Shown here one piece after another: positions 45,634-56,817 of a stretch of 64,000 bases of DNA (position 1 is its first letter; each line of letters begins with the position of its first letter). Source of the stretch: Rebecca billardiae RCC1528 (lineage: Eukaryota; Protista; Haptophyta); NCBI GenBank assembly GCA_965240325.2, contig OZ251236.1, forward strand, positions 1,302,001-1,366,000, in the 5' to 3' direction. Under the pieces are notes generated by a model. That model saw only the letters and a program-made list of their open reading frames with translations. It ran no database searches and was not told the DNA's origin. A program made the position numbers and the translations under genes.

Positions 45634-48283
45634 CACAGTGCAAGAAAACGACCCAACTTGCCCCATTTAGCTGTCCGCACCACTAGTCGAGTCATCGAAA
45701 AATTCTGAAGCGGCGCGCCTAAATTCGGCGCACCATAGGCGCGTCGAATCGTGGCACAGAGCTTGGTAGCAGGCCACGCCTGAGCGCGCTGCGCGCGCCG
45801 ACGCGCGCTCGGCGCGGGCAAAAAATCATGTGCCGTTGGCACTACGCAGCCCCGCGCAGCGCTGTGGTCGAGCTCGGCGGCGGCGAAAGCGGGCGGGCGC
45901 GCACGGCGGTGCCCGTGCGCGCTGCTCCGAGTGCAGCTGCGGCCACCCCGGCGGCATGCCACCGGTCGAGGTCACGAACCCCGATTTTTCCGGAAAATGC
46001 AGAGCAACGGTGCCCGAGCGCGCCCGAGCTCGCGGCAGCACAGTCTCCTGGCGGCTGCGCCTCGTGAAGCCACGCCACGCGGGGCGCTGGCGTGCGCGTG
46101 GCCTGCGCCCACCGTGCGCTGCCCGATCATGGCCGTCGACCGCTCCGAGCGCCTCACCACGCGTGCTCGGGCCCGCCGGCACTGACGCCCGAGCACGGTG
46201 CCGGCAGCGCACGCAGGCGGGCGTCGGAGAAAACACGCCGGCCGAACGAGCTTGCAGCGTCCGCCGTGACGCCAACGGCTGCGGACGACGTGCGCGCCAC
46301 CTCGGCGCCGGTCGCCCAGCCCTTGCGCGGCGGCGCGGGCTCGCTCGTTCGCCGCCATCAGCTGCGCGCGCGCAGCCCGATCACTGCCCGCTGGCTGTGT
46401 TGTCGAGCAGCAGCGGCATGCCACGCGCACTGCCGGACATTGAGCCACAGCGCGAGCACGCGCCTCGTCTGGCACGCGCGAGCACTCAGCACCGTGCGTG
46501 GCCACCATGACGCGCCCATCTGTGCCAGCAGCGATGAGCACGCCGCCGTTCAGCTCGCATCGGGCTCGCTCGCGACGCAGCAACGCGCGGCCGCAGCGGC
46601 AGCAGCGGCGCCGTCGAGCACGCGCGGCAAACAAATCTGCAGCGCGGGCAAGTCGACGGTCTGGCAGATGCGCGATCACGCCACAGCAGGCTGGAAGAGC
46701 CCGCCCGAGCTGCAGCATGCCGTAGGTGCTGCCCCAAGCTCTCGACTGCCCGTAAGCGGCGGCATGTGCGGCGGCGCCGGCGGCGGCCATGCTGCCCCGC
46801 GGTTGCGCGCAGCGGGGCGCCGCCGGCACCTCCGCGGTGAAGCGCACAGCGCTCGAGCCCACGGGGGCTGGCGACCGTCAAACCGACACCCCATGACGCG
46901 GGGCTGCGTGCGCCAGCTGCGCGCACTCCGTGGGCCCACCTAGCCCGCTCGAGCAGCTCGCCTTGGGTGCGCGCAGCGGCTCGAGCACACTGGTATGCGA
47001 CGCCTGCCGTGCCGCTGCCGCCGAGCATGTGCGGCCGACGGTCACGCAGCACGGGCGACTCGACGGCGGCGAGCAGGCGCGACGGCCTCGCCGCGCCGCG
47101 CTAGAGCCTGCCCGAGCTGCAGCACGCCGTAGGAGCAGCCCAGCGCCCTCCTCCGCCCTCCAGCTTCGGCGCGCGCAGCAGGCCCGCCGGCGGCCATGCT
47201 CAGATGCTGGCGTGCCCAACAAGCAGGAAGAAGATGGGCGCGGCCGGCCGCGCCGTCGCAAAGCGCGCAGAACTCGAGCTCGGGGTGGCGGACGGCCGCC
47301 AAACTGGCGCCGCAGGACGTGGCACTGCGTGCGTCAGCTGCGCGCACCCGCTGCGCCCGCGTAGCCCGTGCGAGCGCCGCGCCTCGGGCACACGCAGCGG
47401 CTCGACAAAGCCACGGCAGTAGTGCTGTGCGCCCTGTCCGTGATCAGTCTCAGCTCTGAGGCACGCGCTCAGGAGGGCTGCGGCCGGCCGAGCGCGATCT
47501 GCGCGGACGGTACAGCCTGGCGGCTCATGCCAGCCAGCCCAAAGCCCGCTCCGCCATCCGCGTCATGGCGCTCCAGCCTCTCGCGTGCTGCGCTGCAGCC
47601 GCGCTCGGCTGAAGACGTCGCCGAGTCCGCCGGGCACGCCGGCTGAGCAGTGGCAGCCAGGCGAAGCGTCGTCGCGGGCGAGGCTGCGCTGGGTGATGCG
47701 GCTCGGGTCGGTGGGCAAGTCGCACCCCGCCGTCGGTCGCCTCCACGCCCCCGGCTCGCTCGAGGTCAAAGTCAACTGCGCGACGCGGAGCGTTCGCGGG
47801 CGCGCCGCGGGCGTGGCGCGGTGTACGCGTGGATACAAGCAGCCTCCCACGGATACTCAGGAGGGTGAGACGCACCGCCAGCGGCACCAGCACACAGTTG
47901 CACCCCACAAGACACACCTGCCGTGTCGACTGAAGCATCAGGCTCGGGCGCAACCGCGCGCGGCGCATGCGGGCCGCGGCGCGCTCGCACCGCGCGCGCC
48001 GTGAGGGCGAAAGGAGAGCACCCGTCAGGGCGGCGAGGAACTTGCCCAGCGCCACGCGTAAGACGACCCCAGCCCGCGTCGACGCATAGTCGGGTCCGCG
48101 AGCAGCCTCGTCGGTCTTCGCGGAGTAGGTCGCGCCGCGAGCGAGGCAGCCCGCTCGTTTGTCCTCCGTCGCCGCAAAGTCGCCCGCTCCGCGGCGAGCT
48201 TCCACTGTCCGGCCGAGACGGGATTCGCTGACGGAGTAGCGGACCGTCCGAATGGTCACGGAAAATTCCAATCCGGCACTGTG
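45634..48283. mobile_element. Possible non-autonomous DNA transposon with CACAGTG...CACTGTG ends
   Basis: CGCCACAGTGC at 45631-45641 and its reverse complement at 48276-48286. The interior is non-coding, with diverged ~410-bp modules and a segment that recurs at 61305-61718. Confidence 0.35.
47319..47706 (+). repeat. Dispersed ~400-bp repeat, copy 1
   Basis: Aligns by eye with 61305-61718. Shared blocks include ccgtgatcagtctcagctctgaggc, gctcaggagggctgcggccgg and gctgcgctgggtgatgcggct. Confidence 0.9.
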
Positions 48284-48346
48284 GCGGCCCTACCGCAGTA
48301 GTCGTAATATAGGACACTGTAGCGCGCAGTATACCGCTACGTCGTA

Positions 48347-48349
<3 letters not shown>

Positions 48350-48389
<40 letters not shown>

Positions 48390-48429
48390 TAACTGAGACT
48401 GATGCTTAATATATATATATATATATATA
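48350..48429. repeat. (TA)n microsatellites
   Basis: Two (TA)n runs separated by ~22 bp. Confidence 0.95.
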
Positions 48430-48641
48430 CCATAGCGGAGCCTACGCCTACGGCCTGTCGGCCTCCGAGCGGGCGCCACCAATTACGAATCATACTATAC
48501 AGCGCGCGGCCCTTCCCGAGGACCCCTTCCCGAGGTGAGGCCCGACCGACGCGGCGACCCGGTCCCGCGCCGTGAGACCGAGAGTACTCACCAGCTGCGA
48601 GCAGATACTGCTGCTGAGAGCGGGTTAGCCACGCGGTACTC

Positions 48642-49124
48642 CTACTTGGTAGGGGCTTCCTCGTCGCCTCCGATGAGCCGCTTGAAGAAGGGCGTCAGCG
48701 CGAGCGCAATGCCCAGCCGGATGGGCTGCAGGAAGCCGCCGAATGTCACAAATGTGCCGATGAATGCGGCTGTCGTCGCGCGCGCCTCCTCTGTGAAGAC
48801 GTTGAGCTCCCACACGCCCGTCTGCTGGTGGGCGGCGATAATCGACAGGGGTATGCTGCTGAACCAAAACGTGCCCTCGACGACCGTCAGCGAGACGATG
48901 CCCGCCGGGCCCGACTCCTTGATCTGCTCGAGCAGGTTTGGGCCACCCTTGTCTGCGCTCTCGTCGTCGCTCTTCCCGGCCATCGCGCTGATCACGACGG
49001 AGCGCCCGATGGCGACAGTAGACGCTCGTCGATGCGCGACAAGCCCAGTCCGTGCGTGCTGCGCAGCGAGGCACGGGGCAACGCCGGCTGCGCACACGGC
49101 CAGCAACATCCGCGCCATCGTCAT
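48642..49124 (-). CDS. Small membrane protein, FAM210/DUF1279-like, probably plastid-targeted
   Basis: Signal-like MARMLLAVCAAGVAPCLA followed by an Arg/Ser-rich transit-like segment; IKESGPAGIVSL..VEGTFW; C-terminal QPIRLGIALALTP motif. Confidence 0.65.
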   Translation of the reverse strand: MTMARMLLAVCAAGVAPCLAAQHARTGLVAHRRASTVAIGRSVVISAMAGKSDDESADKGGPNLLEQIKESGPAGIVSLTVVEGTFWFSSIPLSIIAAHQQTGVWELNVFTEEARATTAAFIGTFVTFGGFLQPIRLGIALALTPFFKRLIGGDEEAPTK

Positions 49125-49393
49125 CGTTGTAGTCGATGGCCGCGCCCGCATCATCGCTAATTATGCGCGCAAGCACCTCGACGATAAAAAAATGATCGAT
49201 TTTTCGATGTAGTCCGGATCAGAGTATCGCGGAGTCCGGAAGTTTACCCACATGCATTGACAACGGAGGCTGCCCACAAAGCGAGAGTCAAGATCTGAAT
49301 CTCGTCTCCGGCAGTTTGAGTTTCCATTTTCGTCGTCCTCGTTTGAGCTTGCTGCAGCAGCAGGCCGAGGAAGAGGCTGGCGGCTGCGCGAGC

Positions 49394-51693
49394 ATGAGTC
49401 TGAGTAGCATCAAGGACTTCCAGCTGAAGAAGTTCCTCGGCAAGGGGGTGAGCCGCGTGCCTGCACGCAGCTCGGACTGCGCGCACGCGCGCACCACCGC
49501 TCTGCCTGCGCGTGGGCGGCGCACGGCTGACGCGAGCGCGCGCATCCGCGCGGCGGCGCCTGCGCGCAGTCCTATGGCTCGGTGTACATGGCTGTGCGGC
49601 AGTCCGACAAGAAGCAGTGCGTCGCTTGCGATCGAGCCGCCATGCACCGTCACGTGCGGCACGCCAGCCCGAGCCCGACGCCTGACACCCTCCGGCGGTG
49701 CGCTCCTCCGCGCGGCGCGTGGCGCGCAGGTACGCGATCAAGAAGGTGGACACGCGCAGGATGAACACGAAGGAGCGGCAGGAGGCGGTGAACGAGATCC
49801 GCGTGCTCGCGTCGGTGGGCGGACCCTTCAACATCCGCTTCCTCGAGGCCTTCGTCGACGCCGACGTGCTCTACATCGTGACCGAGTTTGCGGGCCACGG
49901 CGATCTGTTTGCCTGGCTCAAGGCGCGCAAGGGGAAGGGCGTGCTCAAGGAGGCGACGGTGTGGTCCTTCTTCCTGCAGATGTGCCACGGGCTGCACTCG
50001 CTGCACGACAAGAACATCCTCCACCGCGACCTCAAGTCGGCCAACGTCTTCATGATGTCCGACAAGCACATCAAGCTGGGCGACTTTGGCGTGGCCAAGG
50101 TGCTCAAGTCGGACGACGCGCTCGCGCGCACGCAGGTGGGCACGCCGTACTACGTCGCGCCGGAGGTGTGGAAGAACAAGCCGTACAACAACAAGTGCGA
50201 CGTGTGGTCGCTCGGCTGCCTCCTCTACGAGCTCCTCACCTTCCGCCCGCCCTTCGACTCCAACTCGATGGACGGGCTCGCGCGCAAGGTGATGCGCGGC
50301 CGCTTTGACCCGATCCCCGCCACCTACTCGGCAGACATGAAGGTGCGTGCGGGGCGCGCGCGCGGGGGAGGCAGCCGCGCCGCCGGCGGCGGGCCGCGCG
50401 CCGCGCGCGCGTGCTCCCTCGTGCGCTCACGCGCGGACCGCGCCGCCCGCCGCGCAGGCGCTCGTCGCCAAGGTGCTCGTCGTCGAGCAGAAGCTGCGGC
50501 CTTCGGTCGAGCAGATCCTGGCGGACCCGATCGTGCAGAGGCACATGGGCGCGCTGCCCGCGCTCGATGGCGAGCAGCCGCCGCTCGGCGAGGAGGTGGA
50601 CATCATGCGCACGATCCTGGTGCCGCGCAAGTTCAACGACCTCAAGAGGAACCTGCCGCCCTCGCGCTACGAGACACCGCTCAACACCGACCGGCTCGCG
50701 CCGCCGCCGGGCGGCAAGCCGCCCGCGCACGCTCCGCCGCCGGGCGCAGGCGCGCCGCCGCCCTCGGCGCTCGTACACGCCGCCGAATCCAGGCTGGCCG
50801 GGCCGCCTCCGTCGAAGCGCGCGGGCGCGCCGGATGTTGTCATGCGCCGGCCACCCGTCGCCCCGCCGAGCGCCGCCGGGCCCCACGTGCCCAAGCCGCC
50901 GACGAGCGGCGCGCCGCAGCCGGGCCGGCCGCAGCGCATTGGCATGGACGGACGGCCCGCGGCGGCGGCGGGCGCGCCGCCGCAGCAGCCGACCGCCGTG
51001 AGGCGCCCGACGCAGCAGACAGCCGCGCACGAGCCGCCGACGACCTCCGCGGCGGCGAGCGCCGCGCCGACCGTCGCGCACGACCCGGCCGCCGCCGGCG
51101 CCGCCGCGGGCGCGCACGACGCGGCCGCGCTCGCGAGGCGGCAGCAGCTGCGGCAGCAGCAGGTGGCCGAGCAGCAGGCGCAGGGGCGCGGGCTGCCGAC
51201 CGTTTTCAAGCACGCGCCCTCCGAGGTGCGCGCGCGCGCGCGCCGCCGCGCGCGCGCCCCCGCTCGCGCCGCGCGGCTGTGTGCTCACGCCCAGCCCCGT
51301 CCCTCGCGTCCGCCGCCTCGCGCGGCGCAGGTGCCCCCGTCGCACGCGCGCAGGCCGCAGGAGAGGCTGCCTGGTGTGCCGCCGACTGGCGCGGGCGCGG
51401 CGGCGTACGGCGGCGCGCCCGCCGGCTCGCAGCTGCGCGTCGTGCGGCACGGGCAGCACGGGCACGGCGGCGCGCGGCCGGAGGTGGCGATCTACCACCC
51501 GGGCCAGCCGGTGGCCGTGCGCTCTCGGTACGCGCAGCAGCGGCTGCCCGAGTACAACCCGATCACACACCAGCGCAACTACCACGCCGCGCCCTACGGC
51601 GGCGGCGGGTACGGCGGCGCTTACGCCGGCGCCGGCGCCGGCGGGTACGCGCAGCGCCCGGTCGTGGTGTCGGCGCGCCCGCAATGGCGCTGA
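49394..51693 (+). CDS. NIMA-related Ser/Thr kinase (NEK, CNK2-like), 5 exons
   Basis: LGKG|SYGSVY, YAIK, AVNEIRVLAS, HRDLKSANVF, DFGVAK, TQVGTPYYVAPE, DVWSLG. Introns are 49448-49569, 49617-49729, 50343-50457 and probably 51226-51330. Confidence 0.93.
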
Positions 51694-51853
51694 TGGTGTG
51701 GCGATGTTGACGCGATCGAGGCTGGTGCGTGCCCGGACGCGGTCACGCCTCACGGCCTTGACGCCTTGCGACGCCACAGCTGCCTTGTGCTCGCGGCGGG
51801 CGATGCCGTCACGACGATTCGATGCGTCGACGACCGCCGCGAGGACCGTCCTA

Positions 51854-52361
51854 CAGGCAATCGCGGGCAATAAGGAGCTGTCACGTTAAGAAACTGGGGC
51901 TTGCTATCTGCGGATCTGGCCTAGAAACTGAGGCTAGCGATTGGCTGGTTCGCTATACGCATAGTCACACTAAGAAACCGGGACTACGTCGTCCCGGCTG
52001 ACGAGTGGTCCGCCGAGGGGCGAGGCGCAGTCGGCCCGTCGGGGACGCGGCGCGCGGCCCGACTACGAGTACAGGCCAAGTCCCGACTTCTCCTGATGAC
52101 TGACTCCTGGCCAGTGCACCGCAGCATCCATGCAACATCATGATGCCAGATTTGCTCCAAAAAGGCCCAAAAGATTCGTCGGACTCGCCGGCCGGGCCTA
52201 AAGACTCAGCCGGGGGCTCTGCCCCCCTGCGCCCCCCGCGCCTGCGCGGCGGGCGGACCTAGCTAAGAAACTGAGACTCCGTAGGCGCTCGGGCTACCGA
52301 ACGGCTAAGAAACCGAGGCTAGCCGTGAGATCTCTGACTTCTTATTGCCCGCGATTGCCTG
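51854..52361. mobile_element. MITE, Tc1/mariner type (508 bp, 21-bp perfect TIR, TA target duplication)
   Basis: TA|CAGGCAATCGCGGGCAATAAG (51854-51874) ... CTTATTGCCCGCGATTGCCTG|TA (52341-52361). No ORF; internal TAAGAAAC(T/C)G repeats. Confidence 0.9.
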
Positions 52362-52714
52362 TACTCCTAAGTGATCAGCACTCATCAGAGTCACTGTTAC
52401 GAGTATGAGACTCATCCGGGGGCCGCCGGCGACGCCGCCCCGCGACGCGTTCGGTCGCGCCGGTCGTAGTCTGTCAATGTCATCGTATTCGTAGTGTAAT
52501 TATTAAATAATATTATTATTAATAATTATATTCGCGTATATATTGTCTATTGAGTCATCATCGCCGTGGCGACGTGCCGCCAGTCGTCGTCGACTCGAGT
52601 GAGCAGACCGCATCGTATATATATATCATATCAGTAGTCGATCGTCATCATCTTATAGCAGTACGACGACTAGCTTACACTACGACTGTTAGGACTTAGG
52701 ATCCCATGGATGCG

Positions 52715-54521
52715 CTACAAGGACATCCGAAAGCTCTGGCTGACGACCCACGGCTCCTCCTCCTCCTCGGCCGCTGTGGAGAGGATCGACTCGTGCAGCG
52801 CGCTGCCAGGCGCGCCCACGGGCGCGCGATGCCACGAGCTGCCGCGCGACGACGACGCTGCGCGTGAGCTCGGCGTGCCGCTCGCTCGGCTGGGCGTGCG
52901 CGCACGGAAGGTGGAGTGGCGGGCGGCCATGGCGGCGAGCGCGGTGAAGAGCGCGCCGCAGACGAAGCCGACGAGCGACTCGCTCGCCGCCCAGCTGCCG
53001 CCCTCGTGCTGCGGCGCCGCGCGGAGCAGGGGCACGCTCACGAGCGAGCGCTCCTCGTCCGCGCCCAGATTGCGCAGCGTCGGCTTCGCCGGGCTGCCCA
53101 CCGCGATGAAGCCGACCGAGGCGCGCGGCGAGGCGAGCCCGGAGTGCCACGCGCGCTCTGAGTGCTCGTTGAGCCGCACGATGTACTTCTGCCCCGAGGA
53201 GCCCACGACGTCCGCTGCGGGCGCGCAGGGCGGCGAGGCGCGGGGCGCGCGTGGGAGGGGGCGTTGCGCGTGAGCCCCGCCGCTCCGATCGTCGCGGGCC
53301 CTGCGCGCGCGCTCACACGCCGAGCGCGCGCGCAGGGCGGGCGGGCGTGAGCGTGCGCGCGTGCGCCGCGCGTGTGCGCGCACCGTTCCACAGCTGCAGG
53401 ATGTATGCGTGCGAGTGGCCAAAGTCGAGCTCGAAGACGTCGCCCACGTTCCACGGGGAGACCTGCACGTTGCCGAGGAAGCCGCCGGGCCACGCCGCGT
53501 ACGAGGCGTACTGCAGCACGCGCCCGTCCGCGGCGTCCGCGCGCTGCGCGCCGCCGCGGGCGGCGGGCTGCGCGTCGTCGAGCAGAGCGCCGTACCCAGT
53601 CGTGAGCACGGGCGGCTGCGCGCGCCCTCGCGCGACCCAGCGGAAGGCGCCCGAGCCCGACGGCGCCGAGAGCGGGCGCGCGAGGCGCCCCGGCTGCACG
53701 TCGCCCGCGCCACCGCCCGCGCCCAGAGGCCCCTCGTGCAGCCGCACCAGGTACTCGCGCGCGCCGCCGGCCTCGCCCTTGCCGGTGATGAGCTCAAACG
53801 CGGTGAGCTGCACGCCCGAGCCAAAGATGGCGTCCGCGCCCCACAGCCGCTCGATCGCCACGTCGGTGCCGGTGTAGTTGAGGCTGAAGACGGCGCCCGG
53901 CACCCACGGCTCGACGTGCACCACGCCGACGAAGCCGCCGTCCAGCTGCTCCGCCGTCTCGTACCGGAGCGTGAAGTTGGTGCCGTGCCAGCCCGTGACC
54001 AGCACCTCCTGCGGCAGCAGCGCGGTCGCGGCCGGCGCCGCGCCCACCGGCTGCGCGGGCGCGGCGGGCTGCGCGGTGCGAGCTTTGCCGCCGCCGCTCG
54101 AGCCATCGTCGGCGCCAGAGCTCGACGTGCTGGGCACGTACTGCTGCCAGTCGCCCGCAGTTGACGCGACGCTTGCAGCGCCGTTGCGCGCGCCCGCCGC
54201 GGCCCCGCCATGGTGGCCGTGGCTGCCAGCGTGGTCGGTGCTGTCGTGGTCGTGGTCATGGTCATGGTCATGGCCCCGTCGACCATGCGCGTGCGTGCTC
54301 CACTCGAGCCATCGCGCTGAGAAGTCGCCCGATCGGCGCCACTGCTGCCAGCCGTTTGGGCTGGCGGCGCCTTCGCGCTCGTCGTCCCGCACTTGAAACA
54401 CCCGCGCGCGAACGTCGGCTGGCATGCGCTGCCACATGTTCGCTCGCACCTCGTCGGGGAGGTATCTCAGCCAGTCCGGCTGCGCCAGCACGGCGAGCGC
54501 CAGCAGGCGCGCCCCGAGCAT
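52715..54521 (-). CDS. Predicted type I membrane/surface protein with a His-rich tract and two CBM2-like modules
   Basis: Signal-like MLGARLLALAVLA; HDHDHDHDH; two repeats, YETAEQLDGGFVGVVHVEPWVPG and YASYAAWPGGFLGNVQVSPWNVG; TM-like LVGFVCGALFTALAAMAA. Intron 53383-53215. Confidence 0.65.
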
Positions 54522-54922
54522 CGCGATCCTCCGCGGAGGACGATGCGGACCCAACTTCGGACGAGACGTCTCTCGCGTCCCGTTTCGTCGCGATATATCC
54601 CCAAGTATTTCCGCGGCAAATAGCCAAATAGGCCGGTACGGCCGTACGGGTACGTGCGCGAACTTTTAATTTTCCCTTCGATTGCCAGTTCGGGGCTTCT
54701 CTCGGCTTGACGACGTCGAAAGACAGGCCCCTCACAGTATTACAATAATCAGTGGAGGCCGGTTCCGCGGCTGACGCTTGGCGGCCTCATTCTTGATCAT
54801 CAGCATGGCGACTTTGGCCACGCCGACGAGTGGCCTGGCCGCTGGCGCCGCCCGGCTGGCCAGCTCTCCAGCAAGGGGTGGCGTGGTCAGAGCGGGCGCT
54901 ATCCGGCCTTGTCGGGATCCTC

Positions 54923-56346
54923 CTACGCCCTCGTGTCGCGCTGCGCCGGCGTCGCGCGGGGAGGCTCGACTGACAATGACTCGGCGCCTGAGGCGGCCTT
55001 CGTCGGCACACACTCACTCAGCTTGCCAGGCACCGGATCCGTGTCGCCCGACAGGATGACAAAGGTGGTCAACGAGGCGGCGATGACAAATGCGGCGCCG
55101 CCCACGGCGAAGGGGGCCCACGGCTGGAGCTCCCACAGCGCGACACTCACAATCGGCGCGACGCCAAACCCGACGGAGAACACGGCGCGCGCGATGCCAT
55201 TCACGGTGCCGACCGCGTTCTCGCCAAAGCGCTGCGCGTACGCGGACGACATCATGTTGAGCACGGTGAGGCACAGCGCGCCCGAGACGTAGTACACGGG
55301 ATAGATCGCGTAGGTGAGCACGAGGCTGGACTGGCCCACAGCCAGCACCGCGTTCGACATCGCCGCGATCGCAGCGAGCAGCACGACGGTGCGCAGCGCG
55401 CCCAGGAGGCCCAGCAGCGGCCGGATCAGCAGCAGGTTGTTCAGCTGCGCCACGCACGGCGGCGGAGGGCGGGGCGGCGGAGCGGAACGCGACGGGCGCT
55501 TGGCGGGCGCGTGAGCGCGCGCGTGCCAGCGGGGAGCAGCTCGGCGCGCGCGCGCGAGCCGGGCGCGTCTGCGCGGCGCACAATGTTCCACAATGCGGAG
55601 GCGAGGCTGAGGATGGCAATCTCGGCGGCGGTGGCGCCGTGCGCGCTCGCGAGGAGGACGCCGCCCAGCGAGTAGAACGAGCCGAGCAGCGCACCGGACG
55701 CGAAGAACTGCAGGCACGCCACCTGGAACTGCGGCCTGGCCGCCGTCGCGCGCACGCCGCGCGGCTCGCCTTTCACGTGCGCGGCCTCAGGCGAGACGAG
55801 CGCCCAGCAGCACGCGAGCGCGGAAGGGGCGGCCGACACGATGTTGGCGGCGAGCCAGCGCTCCGGGCCGAGCAGGCCGCCGCACGCGGCGCCGAGCAGC
55901 GCGCCGAGGTTGAACGACAGGCCCACGTGCGCAAAGTGCCGCCGGTACGTCTGGAGCGGCAGCCCGGTGGACACGTCCGCCACCCAGCTGATCGAGAGGG
56001 AGATCGGCGCGAAGAGGCCCACGCCGACGCGCGTCGCGAGGAGCAGCGCCGGAGTGCTCGCGAATGCGGTGGCGACGAAGAGCGCCGCGTCTGCTCCCAT
56101 CACCACCACGAGAGAGCGCCGCCGGCCAATGTAGTCCGAGAGCACGCCCCAGCCCAGCTGGCCGAGCACGACGGCGAGATATTGCCCGGAAAGCACGACG
56201 CCAACCCAGAAGGCGCTGACGCGGAAGGGCAGGAGGGGCGAGATGAGGCCGAGGCCGAACTGGTCGGCCGCGATGGCTGCCATGCCCAGGTAGGCCGACG
56301 GCTGGCGCCGAGGCGTGGCCGCCGTGGCGGAGGCAGGAGCGGCCAT
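54923..56346 (-). CDS. Major facilitator superfamily transporter (DHA1/TetA-like)
   Basis: Motif A GVLSDYIGRRRSL, multiple TM segments and SFNLGALLG..GGLL. Intron 55581-55445 joins WNI|LNNLLL. Confidence 0.88.
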
Positions 56347-56743
56347 CGTGATTCGTGACCTTTGGGGAGTTGGGGCTCATTTTCTGGCGATTATCTTGTG
56401 TGCGCCGCCAATGGTTTTTTTTGGACGAGAACTTTCGCCTCCTCGTCGTCGTCTCTTTTTCGTCAATGACTACGGGCAAGCACGGGCCCCTTCATAATTG
56501 TGATAATCAGACAGGTCACGGGACCGCTCTCGGTGTGTATTTAACTCCGTGGTCTGGATAAGTCTGTCTCTGATGAACGATTCTTCAATAAGTACTTTCA
56601 TTGTGTTGGCGGCATACCCTATATATAGAAAATTCTCATCGATGTTCCACGACCCGGGGCGTGGGCGCCGCCGCGTCGTCGTCGTCGTCAGGGCGGGTAA
56701 TCCGCCATTATACGCTGCGGTGCGTTAATCCCCGACTCCCCGA

Positions 56744-56746
<3 letters not shown>

Positions 56747-56774
<28 letters not shown>
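56747..56774 (+). repeat. Poly-C homopolymer (C28)
   Basis: Uninterrupted C run ~45 bp upstream of the RTX gene start. Confidence 0.95.
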
Positions 56775-56817
56775 GCCCAGGCCTGTGCCCACCCCCGCGG
56801 CGTATGTCTGTCCGCGT

